A stretch of 64,000 bases of DNA from an uncultured delta proteobacterium (GTDB lineage Bacteria > Desulfobacterota > Desulfomonilia > UBA1062): NCBI GenBank assembly GCA_963752595.1, contig CAVVYZ010000001.1:224001-288000 (forward strand), in the 5' to 3' direction. Positions 10,231 to 20,036 of this stretch are shown here, one piece after another; positions within the stretch are counted from its first letter, which is position 1, and each line of letters starts with the position of its first letter. Position numbers and translations under genes: made by a program. The notes beneath the pieces are model-generated. The model saw nothing but the letters and a program-made list of their open reading frames with translations. It made no database searches and was not told the origin of the DNA.

Positions 10231-10821
10231 ATGGCAAGGAAGTCCGTACGTGAAGAGCGGAAGAAGCAGATCCTGCAGGCGCTGGATCACTGCCTGCTTG
10301 AGAAGTCGTTCCATAAGACTTCCATAAAGGACATCTCCCGCATCGCGAAGGTCAATCACGGGGTGCTTCACTACTACTTCAAGAGCAAGGAGGACATCCT
10401 CCTGCACTATATCGATTACGTGGTCGATTACTTCAAGGGCCAGGTGCAGGAGATGCTGAAAGCACAGAATACGGAGCAGATGTCCCGGAAGGATTTCGTA
10501 AAAGAAGTGTTCAGCTTTGTAAATCAGAAGATAACGCTGGACAGGAATCTCTCGAAGATCTTTGTGGAGATCTGGGAAATAGCCCTTTACAACGATATCG
10601 TGCGCTCAAAGCTTAAAGAGGCATATAAGGAATGGATACAGATCCTGACGGGAAATATCGCCGCCGGGTCTGACGACAGCGAGACAGCTTCCATCCTGAG
10701 CATCGCCATGGTCGCTTTCTGGGAGGGCATGGCGCTGTTTTCCACCATATTCGACGAAAGGGAAATCGATTTCCAAGAAACGCTTGCCAGGTTCCAGCAG
10801 AGGATTCTCGAGATCCTGTAA
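10231..10821 (+). CDS. TetR/AcrR family transcriptional regulator
   Basis: N-terminal HTH: ERKKQILQA...TSIKDISRIAKVNHGVLHYYFKSKEDIL. Confidence 0.93.
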   Translation: MARKSVREERKKQILQALDHCLLEKSFHKTSIKDISRIAKVNHGVLHYYFKSKEDILLHYIDYVVDYFKGQVQEMLKAQNTEQMSRKDFVKEVFSFVNQKITLDRNLSKIFVEIWEIALYNDIVRSKLKEAYKEWIQILTGNIAAGSDDSETASILSIAMVAFWEGMALFSTIFDEREIDFQETLARFQQRILEIL

Positions 10822-11399
10822 AAAACCTTTCATTTCTCCAGGGAAAAGCCCCATGGCCTAAAGGGGGAAGCTCCTTCGCAAAAAGGGAAAAATATGTCCC
10901 GAAGAGGCAAAGGAGAAAGGAGCAGCCCTAAGCCCCTCTCTCCTTTACCGGAGGTGGTTTCTAATGGAGAGGAAGAACATTGCCCGGCGGCAGAATGCAT
11001 CCTCCACACATCGGAATGCCTATACGCCGGGAAAGTTCGTGATCGTTCTTCCGTGTCATCAGCAAGGCCGGCCGGACAGTATCAAAGAGTATGCCGGATT
11101 TAAGGTTTTAAAATTACACGAAAAAAAAGGGAGGAAAATGTGCCGCGTGCACATTTGTACTTTTCACGACAAAAATTGATGCCCGGCTCAATAAATACCT
11201 GTGCCCGGATGTCAATCTCCCGGGAAAGTTTCAGGCGGGTACGGTATGGCGACTGATCCGATAGCTGCGGAGACTATTGGCCTCCCGATTGTTCGTGTAC
11301 TGGTGGGAAATGGGGGAAGAGGCGGTAATGCGTACTAATGGAATTCATATGTAGGAATCCTGTACGATTACAACTGCCTCGTGGAGCTTGCGAATAAGT

Positions 11400-11466
11400 A
11401 TTCAGTACTGAAGGATTCGGAGTACGGGCCTTTGCCGTATGGATTCCGAATCCTTAACTGCTGAAT
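11400..11466. terminator. Long imperfect hairpin downstream of the AtpZ-like gene
   Basis: ttcag..aaggattcgga..tacgg / ccgta..tccgaatcctt..ctgaa nested inverted repeat. Confidence 0.45.
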
Positions 11467-11482
11467 CCTTTTTCGTCACAAT

Positions 11483-11707
11483 CTATTTTCTCCTTTCTAT
11501 TATGGCTTCCTGAATGAAACCCTTGAATCCGAGCGCCGTGCCGATGACGAGCAGCACGAGGGTGAAATTAGGTGCCATGCCGGTGATTCTGTCCAGGTAC
11601 AATCCGAGGTAGAGGCCCAGGAAGGTCATGGTTACGAGCACGATGCTGTACCCGCTGATCCTCGTGAGCCTGTTGGCCAGCTTCCGTTGGATTTCTATTT
11701 TTTTCAT
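11483..11707 (-). CDS. AtpZ/AtpI (ATPase gene 1)-like small membrane protein
   Basis: 74 aa, two TM segments with GLYLGLYLDR..G..P.FTLVLLVIG pattern; AAGGAGG RBS. Confidence 0.75.
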   Translation of the reverse strand: MKKIEIQRKLANRLTRISGYSIVLVTMTFLGLYLGLYLDRITGMAPNFTLVLLVIGTALGFKGFIQEAIIERRK

Positions 11708-11736
11708 GGCATGCCTCCTTCCTTCCAGCCGGTTCC

Positions 11737-11913
11737 TTAGAACAAGCTCATCAGAATTTCGCGTGCCGGAGCGGTGTTGATCCCAACCAGGGTAACCACG
11801 AGGATGAAAATCGCAACAGCCTCAGCCGGGGTGATCCCGAGCACCTTGTACGTGAACCTGATCCCGATCCCTGTCATGAACATGCATCCTATTACGATCC
11901 ACAATGTAATCAT
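11737..11913 (-). CDS. 58-aa hydrophobic hypothetical membrane protein (below ORF-track cutoff)
   Basis: MITLWIVIGCMFMTGIGIRFTYKVLGITPAEAVAIFILVVTLVGINTAPAREILMSLF*; AAGGAGG RBS; directly downstream of a -24/-12 promoter. Confidence 0.75.
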   Translation of the reverse strand: MITLWIVIGCMFMTGIGIRFTYKVLGITPAEAVAIFILVVTLVGINTAPAREILMSLF

Positions 11914-11955
11914 TTCTGTTTCCTCCTTTTTGATTGATTTCTGCTTAGTGTAAGG

Positions 11956-12131
11956 GCAATAGGCATGCCAAAGTTATAAAACATTCAAGCTATTGAAATT
12001 ACATAAATAATAAATAATAGGATTCGCCTTTTGTGACATTTTGTCACATTGCCCGATACGGGACCTTCGGCCATGACCAAATTGACAAAATGAATGGTTA
12101 TTCATCTTTGTAACTGTGACATCTTGTCACA
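11956..12131 (-). promoter_or_regulatory. Sigma-54 promoter with IHF-like site and two palindromic upstream sites
   Basis: TGGCATGCCTATTGC (GG-N10-GC) on minus strand 11970-11956; ATTCAAGCTATTG 11983-11995; TGTGACA-N3-TGTCACA at 12032-12048 and 12115-12131. Confidence 0.7.
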
Positions 12132-12291
12132 TGGTTTATAAATATACTTTAAAAATCAATTTATTAAGAAAGGATGTGAAAAGGAGGGAGGCGGCGGGAG
12201 AATAAGCAGCGTATGATCGGCATCCCACCCAAAACTTGCTAAGAATCCGGTCATCATATATTCAAATGATAAGATAAGGGAGGATGCGGCA

Positions 12292-12852
12292 ATGGCTTAT
12301 GATGACCGGAAAGACAGCAGGCCGGGGCCGGTTCCGCCAAAGGTGGTCGACCCGGCGTTCAGTCCGCAGGAGATGGTGGTGATCGTCGATGAGAATAACA
12401 TGGTGACCGGCAGCGCACCGAGGGCGATCATGCGCAAAGAGGGCCTCACCCACCGGGCCGCTTACATCCTCGTCTTCGATTCCCACGGCAGGCTCTTTGT
12501 CCAGGAGCGCACGCTGACCAAGGACATCTTCCCCGGCTATTACGACCTCTGCACCGGCGGTGTGGTGCTCGCAGGAGAGAAGTACGAGAAATCCGCTCTC
12601 CGCGAGCTGGAGGAGGAGATAGGCGTAAAGGATGCAGAGCTTACCTTTCTCTTTGACTTCTATGGCGAGTATGCAGGACAGAAAGTATGGGGCAGGGTGT
12701 TCTCCTGCATCTCGGACGGCCCTTTCACCCTGCAGCCCGAAGAGGTCTCCGGCGGTGCGTTCTATGATATCGAGGGGGTCAAGCATCTGATAGAAACAGA
12801 ACCGTGCACCCCGGACAGCGTCTATGCATTCTTTCGCGCAATCGGTTTATAA
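12292..12852 (+). CDS. yfcD: NUDIX hydrolase, YfcD-like
   Basis: HRAAYILVFD, QERTLTKDIFPG, Nudix box GGVVLAGE..EKSALRELEEEIG, TPDS. Confidence 0.85.
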   Translation: MAYDDRKDSRPGPVPPKVVDPAFSPQEMVVIVDENNMVTGSAPRAIMRKEGLTHRAAYILVFDSHGRLFVQERTLTKDIFPGYYDLCTGGVVLAGEKYEKSALRELEEEIGVKDAELTFLFDFYGEYAGQKVWGRVFSCISDGPFTLQPEEVSGGAFYDIEGVKHLIETEPCTPDSVYAFFRAIGL

Positions 12853-12910
12853 GTATCCTCGGCATCTCAATGATTGACAGCAGGGGTATTAACCTGCTTC
12901 AAGGGCGGGT

Positions 12911-14437
12911 ATGGATATCCTGCTCATTCATCCGCCGGTTGTGAAGCCTTCCGAACCTCCTGCAGGTTTGGCAAAGCTCGCAGGTGCATTAGGGGAGCAC
13001 GGCAGGTCGTTTAAGGTTATAGATGCAAATATCGAGGGGTTGCTGTATCTCCTGAACGGCCCGGTGAAAACAGAGGATACCTGGACAAGGCGGGCCTTTC
13101 GTCATCTGGAAGACAACCTTGTTGCCCTTACCGACGGGCGGGCATTCCGCAACCTGGACCGGTACACGCAGGCAGTGAAAGGGCTCAACCGGGTCCTTTT
13201 CTTCAAGTCCGAACCGAAAGGAGCCAATGTCAGTCTCAACAACTATACCCAGGATGCGTATTCGCCGGTGAGAAGCAAAGACCTCATCAGGGCTGCGGAA
13301 GATCACGAGAAGAACGTATTCTACCCGTACTTCAGCAGACGGCTTTCCGGGCTCATGGAGAAGGATGAGCCGTCCGTGGTCGGTTTTTCTCTCAATTATC
13401 TGAGCCAGGCCGTTGCAACATTTGCCATGATGGGTTTCGTGAGGCGCATCAACCCAGGGATGAAGATTATCTTAGGGGGAGGGCTCGTCACCTCGTGGAT
13501 CAACGGCCGGGGCTGGAACAATCCGTTCCCTGGCCTTGTCGATGAGCTCGTTGCAGGGAAAGGCGAGGAGCGCATCCTAAGCCTGGCAGGCACCGGATGG
13601 TCAGGTGTCGAGCCTGTTCCCGATTATTCCCATTTCCACCATTATCCATACCTGTCTCCGCGGAAGGTGGTGCCTTTCAGCACCTCGTCCGGATGCTACT
13701 GGGGAAAGTGCTCATTCTGTCCCGAAAAGTCGGAAGGGAATCGTTATTCGCCCCTTTCTGCAGGCCGCGCCTTTTCGGATTTCGGGAGTCTTTCATCTTT
13801 CGCGTCTCCGAGCCTGGTCCATATCTGCGATAATGCCCTGAGCCCTGCCTTCCTGAAGACCATGGCGGGGCAGGAGCAGGCAACGCCCTGGTACGGATTT
13901 GCGAGGGTAACGCACCACCTCGCTGATCCTGATTTGTGCGCTCGCCTCAGGCGCTCGGGCTGTGTCATGCTCAAACTGGGCATCGAGTCCGGAGACCAGG
14001 GGGTCCTGGATGAGCTGGGCAAGGGGATCAGCGTCGATGATTCCGTAAGAGCGCTCCGGGCGATCCATGCCTCGGGGATAGCCGGTTATGTGTATCTCCT
14101 CTTCGGAACACCTCCCGAGGATCAGGCCGCTGCCCGGAAGACCCTCGAATTCACCGTTCAACACAGCGACCTGATCGATTTCCTTAACCTCTCCATCTTC
14201 AATCTCCCGAGGGCGAGCAGGGAGGCAGACTCGCTGGAAACCTATGATTTCTCCGAGGGAGATCTCTCTCTGTACCAGGGTTTCATCCACCCCAAGGGCT
14301 GGGAAAGAAATCTCGTGAGGCAATTCCTCGACAAGGAGTTCAGGCGCCATCCTGCCATAGCCGGAATACTCCGTGCAGATCCGCCTTTTTTTACCTCCAA
14401 CCATGCCCCGTTTTTCGTCATGAACAGGACCGCCTGA
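12911..14437 (+). CDS. B12-binding-domain radical SAM protein
   Basis: LLIHPP start, VVGFS/IILGG cobalamin-type domain, GCYWGKCSFC motif, GIESG. Confidence 0.85.
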   Translation: MDILLIHPPVVKPSEPPAGLAKLAGALGEHGRSFKVIDANIEGLLYLLNGPVKTEDTWTRRAFRHLEDNLVALTDGRAFRNLDRYTQAVKGLNRVLFFKSEPKGANVSLNNYTQDAYSPVRSKDLIRAAEDHEKNVFYPYFSRRLSGLMEKDEPSVVGFSLNYLSQAVATFAMMGFVRRINPGMKIILGGGLVTSWINGRGWNNPFPGLVDELVAGKGEERILSLAGTGWSGVEPVPDYSHFHHYPYLSPRKVVPFSTSSGCYWGKCSFCPEKSEGNRYSPLSAGRAFSDFGSLSSFASPSLVHICDNALSPAFLKTMAGQEQATPWYGFARVTHHLADPDLCARLRRSGCVMLKLGIESGDQGVLDELGKGISVDDSVRALRAIHASGIAGYVYLLFGTPPEDQAAARKTLEFTVQHSDLIDFLNLSIFNLPRASREADSLETYDFSEGDLSLYQGFIHPKGWERNLVRQFLDKEFRRHPAIAGILRADPPFFTSNHAPFFVMNRTA

Positions 14438-14539
14438 AAGGAAAGACCTTTAGAATTACTCGGGGAATGCCGATTTTGGGTATAGCTCCGAAATGTCCGT
14501 ACTCGGGTACGGGGGTGGTTCCAGGATGAAAAGCAAGGG

Positions 14540-15766
14540 TTGGATGCTATGGCATACGAAGTTCTTAGCAAGGGTAACATTGAGAAATTGGCGAAAAATG
14601 CTGCGCGCGGGAGGAAGATCAGGCCCTTTGACTGGATATCTCTTGCCTCTCTCGTTGCCATACTCGTTATCTTCGTTTATGCCGGGTACTTCACCCGGGA
14701 GTTCATGGTCGATGTCACGAAAGTAACCCGGGAATACCCGTTTCAGATCAATACCCGGCTCAATGCGATCGGCAGGGTAGTCGTGGACCACGTGATCGAC
14801 GTTATGCCCAGAACCGCGGGGCAGCTGGTGGAGGTCCTGGTAAAAGAGGGAGACCAGGTAAAAAAAGGCCAGGTCGTTGCCCGCCTCGAAAGCACTGATG
14901 CAGCGCTTTCGAGAGACCAGAGCGATGCCGATCTCAAGCTTGCAAATGCAAATCTCGAACAGGCCGTGATCGTATTCAATGAAGCTGAGCTCGATCATGA
15001 GCACTCCAAGGATCTGTATCAGAAAGGTTCTCTTTCCGAATCCGGCTACCACGCCTCATTGGCCTTGTTCCGCAAGGCGAAATCAGCGGTCAATGTCGCC
15101 CAGGCCACGGTCAGGGCTCAAACCGCAGCACTCCACGGTGCCGAGGTTGCATTGGGCTATACTCAGGTGAAGGCGCCTGTGGATGGGATCGTTCTGAAGA
15201 CGAATGCGCATGGCGGAGATACGGTCTCCCCTCTGGGCTCCTCAGGGCAGGGGAATTCAGGCATAGTCTCCCTGGCCGAATTTTCCTCGTTGCGTGTGGA
15301 GGCAGAGGTTCCGGAATCTGAATTCGATTCAATAAAGATGGGTGAACCCTGTGTCATTATAGTCGATGCCCTGAAGCAGAAGCGTCTCAGAGGCGAGGTG
15401 GACGCCGTAATACCTGCCGCTGACGAGAATAAAGGAACAGCTACGGTGAGGGTTAATTTTATCGATTACGATACCAGTATCCTTCCTGATATGACTGCAG
15501 ACATCGCACTTCTCAGCCGGCCGCTCTCTCCTGATGATACCGCTCCCATCACCGTGGTGGATCGTTCCGCTCTGGTCGTATCCAGAGGGGGCCATACGGT
15601 TTACCTTGTCAAGGGTGAACGCGCCGTGGAGAAAAGAGTGAGCATCGGCGCACAGTTCAAGGACAAGGTAGAAATCCGCGAGGGTCTTTCCTGCGACGAC
15701 ATCATCATCATAAACCCTCCCGACGCCCTCAGAAAAGGCTCCAGGGTAATCCCAAACAAGATCTGA
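14540..15766 (+). CDS. Efflux RND/MacA-type periplasmic adaptor (membrane fusion protein)
   Basis: N-terminal TM, VKEGDQVKKGQVVARL lipoyl half, coiled hairpin, APVDG. Confidence 0.9.
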   Translation: MDAMAYEVLSKGNIEKLAKNAARGRKIRPFDWISLASLVAILVIFVYAGYFTREFMVDVTKVTREYPFQINTRLNAIGRVVVDHVIDVMPRTAGQLVEVLVKEGDQVKKGQVVARLESTDAALSRDQSDADLKLANANLEQAVIVFNEAELDHEHSKDLYQKGSLSESGYHASLALFRKAKSAVNVAQATVRAQTAALHGAEVALGYTQVKAPVDGIVLKTNAHGGDTVSPLGSSGQGNSGIVSLAEFSSLRVEAEVPESEFDSIKMGEPCVIIVDALKQKRLRGEVDAVIPAADENKGTATVRVNFIDYDTSILPDMTADIALLSRPLSPDDTAPITVVDRSALVVSRGGHTVYLVKGERAVEKRVSIGAQFKDKVEIREGLSCDDIIIINPPDALRKGSRVIPNKI

Positions 15767-15906
15767 TCTTTCTCCTTTCCCAAAGGCAAATCTCATAGAT
15801 CAAAAAATAAATGTGGTTCCCGCCCGATCACAGCGTTCATCTCCTGAGGGATATCCTGCGATCTCCGCTGTCCTGCCTTTGTATCCATGACGGATCTTGC
15901 ATCTTC

Positions 15907-17210
15907 CTAGATCAGAGGGACGATATTGGCTTTGCTTCCATTAAGCTTTGCAGCGATGAACAGCGCAACGGAGCGCACCAGGTCCACCTTCGACAGCATA
16001 AGCGGAAGGATCCCCATATGCCTGCACAGGCCGTGGACGGTCAGTGCCAGGTCGTTGCAACCCGGGCTCATGGTCACATTGCGCTTGCCCAGGCGCGCCT
16101 GGAGGGCTACACCGTGCTCCTGGACGGCGCAGCTTCCGGCGATATGCACCTTGCCTTTGATCCGGTCCACCTCCTGCTGTCGATGCCCTTGCCCATGAGG
16201 ATCGTGAAACCGCCTTTCCCGGAATGGTCGCGGTAGAGCATCTCCACCACGGTTTCTGTGTTGCGGCGGCAGCCCTCGTGGCAGCATCGCTCCTTGCCCC
16301 TGAGGAAGGTAAGGTCCGGCGGGTAGTCGTCGAGAAGTTCAAAGGTGAGCCTGGTTTTGCGCTCCTCGAAGAGGGACCTGTTGACGATGTCGATGAGGGT
16401 CTGATCGCCGATGCCGATTCCGGTGGCGCGGCAGAGATCCAGGTGCGTGACCTCCTCCGGATCGAAGCCTATGAGGGAAGCTGCCGTCACATCCGTGGCC
16501 AGCGGATCCGATCCGCCGATGAGGAGGTTCATAGGCACCACGCACTTGTCGGCATTGTACGTCGTGGGATAGTGGCCGTGGGTGGTGGCGATAAGACCGT
16601 CGATCAGGGCGAAATGCGGCCGCAGCACGCGGTAGATGTCCGCGAATTTCTGGTGGAGGCGGTAGTTGTGGTCTGCAATGCGGCTTTTCTGGTGCACGAG
16701 GCCGAACTGATTCTTGATGGACAGGGACACCTGGGACATGGAATGGGTCTTGAGCTTGGGCAGGGAGAGATAGAAGTTTTCATCGCCCCGTTCGATGATC
16801 CGTTCGAACACGAAGCGCGAGATGTCGATGAATTCCTCGATGCCCTCCAGGAAGATCGGAACGGCCGGGGTCTCGTCCAGATAGACCGGGACGGCGCCCG
16901 TTTCCCTGCAGACCTTAAGATACCCGGTGGCATGAAAAACCAGGCGCGTGAAGTTGGCCTGGGTGCAGTTCTCCATGACATAGACCGTGCGGGCCCCATT
17001 CTTACGGAAGTAGTCGATCGTTTCCCGGAGCACATCCGGGTCGGTATACACGTTGGCCTCGGGACCCACACCGTTAACCTTGATGTATACGTCCCGGCTG
17101 GAACGAAGGAGCTTCTTGCCGCCGCCGAAATGCTCGAAGACCTCGCTCACCGCGGTTGCGATGCCAGCCTTCGTGTCCGCCATGATGACCTGTGCCCTTG
17201 CGTTATCCAT
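15907..17210 (-). CDS. DUF362 domain-containing protein; frameshift near 16180
   Basis: YIKVN, TDPDV, LPKLKTH, SLSIKNQFG, DPLATD motifs; C-terminus (AGSCA..SPGCN) continues in ORF 15907..16287. Confidence 0.8.
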
Positions 17211-17316
17211 GTGCGCCTCCTTGTTTCCGACCATCTATGGTTTCCCTGCCAGGGTCTCCTCTATCAATTGATCCTAGTGCACATCAGCACCCTGCAATTG
17301 TGAAGGAAGGACTCGC

Positions 17317-19191
17317 TCACGAGCCTGAACGCTTGTCTTGTGGGATAACCTCGTCCCGCTGTCCTGCCATAAGGTCCGGGCTCAAGTCTGTCCCCACGGT
17401 CGTGCTGTTCAGGGTGAGACCGAAAAGCGAGGCTGCCGTGATGCCGAGGTCTGCGATCCGGATGGGCTTGTCCGAAATGCCGGTCCTGCCTTCAGGTATG
17501 GATATGGCGGCCACAATGGGCAGCGTGTCCACCGAACCGTGACCCCCGTTGTACACTCTCCAGGGCGGAGCCCATTTTGGGGCCTTGATGCCGACGTTGG
17601 GGACGTGGCCGTTGTAGGCCGGGATCTGCCAGCCGTTCTTTCCCAGGATGATGAGGTCGGGCCAGATCATGGACTCTTCCCTGGCTGCCTCCACATAATA
17701 AGAATGGTAAAGCTCTCCGGGAAGGCACACGCCTTCGATGCCCTTCTTCATGTCGTTCCGGTCCAGGACCCACCAGGGGCATTCGCGCTTGCCTGTCTCC
17801 GGGTTGAGCGCCAAGTGGGCCTTGAGCAGCGCCTTGGCAGCAGGGATCTGCTCTTTGCCGTCTCTCCAGTACAGGGTTCCATAGCTGCTCACGCTGCAGG
17901 CATATACATTATCTTTCCCGATAATGCCTGAACCTTCCAGGAGGCCCATGACATCCGTAGAGGAGAAATCGGATGTGCTCAAGTGGTTCACTGCACAGTG
18001 ATCGCTCAGGAGAATTACCTTCGCACGGCTCAAGGCTCCCTGTTTTTCGAGCCCGTCAATGAGCCGCCCGAACTGGATATCCACATCCCGTATCACGTCC
18101 AGGATGGCTTCCTTGAAGAGGAGCTTGTTCCTCTTGCTCACCAGCTGGTATTCGGGCTTGTTCTCGCAGCCCTCAGGCGTTTCATACGGCGGGTCGACAT
18201 TCACGAATTCGGAAGGATCGGCCGCATTGCCGAGGCAATGGCCTGCATCGTCGCACTGGGCCAGGAGGATGTAAGCCAGGTCCGGATCTTCCCGTTTGAA
18301 GATCTCGAGTGTCGAATCCACGACCCAGCCGTCATGAGGGAAGTGATGTGCAAAATGTTCCATCTGCAGGGTCAGAAGGCCGCCCTGGCCGGTGTACATC
18401 CTGGTCCAGCTCTCGCTCGGGCCCATATTGCCTGCAAAAAACCCGAGATGCTTCGATTCAGGGTCGCATGCTGCATCCGTATCGTTTTCAGGGTCCGCAA
18501 GCCCTTCGCGCTTGGGCGGCTCGAGATAATCCGGGTGGTTCGGCCCGGTCACCAGGATGTCGACCGGTGCAGGCGAACTGTCCGCCCTGAACATCTCACC
18601 GACCCATTCCTTGCCTGTGATGAACAGTGTTTTCGAGTCGGGCCACTGCCTTTTCCACGCATGAAACAGGGTATCGACAGGACGGCCTTTGTCATCCTTT
18701 GCATACGAGAGATGCGAGTGTCTGATGATGACGTTTCCCTTCTCATCCCAGCCCGCAGGCTGGGCCCAGACGCCGATGATCCCGGTCTGAGCCGTGGATG
18801 TCCCTGCCAGGACATTGAGATGGTTCATATCCGTTGCGGCGGGGAGAAAGGCCTTGGCATCTTTATACCACAGAGACTTCCCAAGGAACGCACGGATATT
18901 CGGCATCAGCCAGTCTCCGTCTTTTCCGCCCGGGAGGCCTTTTGCATTGAGGTCGAGATATTTCGGGTGCAGGGCATCGATGGCGACGAAGATGAGCTTT
19001 TCCCGGCCGCCCGGAGATCTCTTCCACGGAACCGCAGGGAAAGAAGGGGGACTCTTTCTTTTCAAAGGATGCAGGCCCCATGTCAGGAGAGCGCCGCCGC
19101 CGAGGATTGCGGCAGCCCATTTCAGGAAGGACCTCCGCCGGAGTTTCTTTTGCAGCTTCCCATACAAAGGACCGTTCTTATCCAACGTCAT
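17317..19191 (-). CDS. Tat-exported alkaline phosphatase superfamily (NPP/phosphodiesterase) protein
   Basis: RRRSFLK Tat motif; VAIDAL, TDMNH nucleophile region, DDAGH, LSDH, GGHG. Confidence 0.85.
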   Translation of the reverse strand: MTLDKNGPLYGKLQKKLRRRSFLKWAAAILGGGALLTWGLHPLKRKSPPSFPAVPWKRSPGGREKLIFVAIDALHPKYLDLNAKGLPGGKDGDWLMPNIRAFLGKSLWYKDAKAFLPAATDMNHLNVLAGTSTAQTGIIGVWAQPAGWDEKGNVIIRHSHLSYAKDDKGRPVDTLFHAWKRQWPDSKTLFITGKEWVGEMFRADSSPAPVDILVTGPNHPDYLEPPKREGLADPENDTDAACDPESKHLGFFAGNMGPSESWTRMYTGQGGLLTLQMEHFAHHFPHDGWVVDSTLEIFKREDPDLAYILLAQCDDAGHCLGNAADPSEFVNVDPPYETPEGCENKPEYQLVSKRNKLLFKEAILDVIRDVDIQFGRLIDGLEKQGALSRAKVILLSDHCAVNHLSTSDFSSTDVMGLLEGSGIIGKDNVYACSVSSYGTLYWRDGKEQIPAAKALLKAHLALNPETGKRECPWWVLDRNDMKKGIEGVCLPGELYHSYYVEAAREESMIWPDLIILGKNGWQIPAYNGHVPNVGIKAPKWAPPWRVYNGGHGSVDTLPIVAAISIPEGRTGISDKPIRIADLGITAASLFGLTLNSTTVGTDLSPDLMAGQRDEVIPQDKRSGS

Positions 19192-19414
19192 ACGTCCCCC
19201 GTTAAGATTCTATTTGTGCACTCATTTCATGGGCTTCGTGTTGCCATTATGGAGCAATGAAACCAAGGAGTCAATGCATTCCGTATTCAGGCACCCGAAG
19301 CATCTCCTGCCGGATACCAGCCCTGGTTGTCCATTAAGACTCCTTGGTAAAGGTGAGTATCAGGCGGCAGTTGTTATTAATAATAATAGAGAAAAGATCG
19401 AGGAGGGAGAAGCC

Positions 19415-20020
19415 ATGATCATGGCGGGAAAGCCTGCACAGAATTTTACTGCCCCGGCATATCATAAGGGAAAGTTCACCCACATCGAGCTCTCGCAGTA
19501 CCTGGGCAAGTGGGTCGTCCTCTATTTTTACGGCGGCGATTACACCTTTGTCTGAGCGACCGAAGTATCGGCAGTTGCCGATAGATATGATCAGTTTCAA
19601 AAGCTCGATACGGAAGTCCTGACCATGAGTGTTGACAGCGTGTATGTCCACAAGGTCTGGAACGACAACGAGCTCTCGAAAATGATTCCCGGCGGTGCTC
19701 CCTTTCCCATGCTCTCCGACCCGGGGGGAAGGATCGGGAGGGTTTACGAAGTCTACAACGAAGAGCCCGGTGTGGACTTAAGGGGAAGATTCATCATCGA
19801 CCCCGACGGGGTGATCCAGGGATATGAGGTGCTCACGTCCGTAGTGGGCCGCAGTACGGAAGAGATGCTTCGGCAGCTCGCTGCATTCCAGATTGTAAGG
19901 GCGAGCAAAGAAAAAGAATTCACTCCTGCTGACTGGAAGCCGGGTATGGCCACGCTCAAACCCATGATAGAGCTCGTGGGGAAGGTGTGGGAGATCTGGA
20001 AGCCGGGCACCCGGGGGTGA
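19415..20020 (+). CDS. prxU: Selenocysteine-containing AhpC-type peroxiredoxin
   Basis: GKWVVLYFYGGDYTFV-TGA(19553-19555)-ATE continues in frame into SVDSVYVHKVW..LSDPGG..RGRFIIDPDG; hairpin tatcggca-gt-tgccgata follows the TGA. Confidence 0.93.
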
Positions 20021-20036
20021 AAGAGGCTTGGCCTCA

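Noticed and set aside
10838-10880. c-di-GMP-I riboswitch-like text (aaagcc..ggcctaaa)
   Set aside because: Lacks the GGCAAA/GNRA P2 stem and the GACGCAAA junction.
12032-12131. CRP sites
   Set aside because: TGTGA/TCACA spacing is 7 rather than 6 nt; better read as enhancer-type sites of the adjacent -24/-12 promoter.
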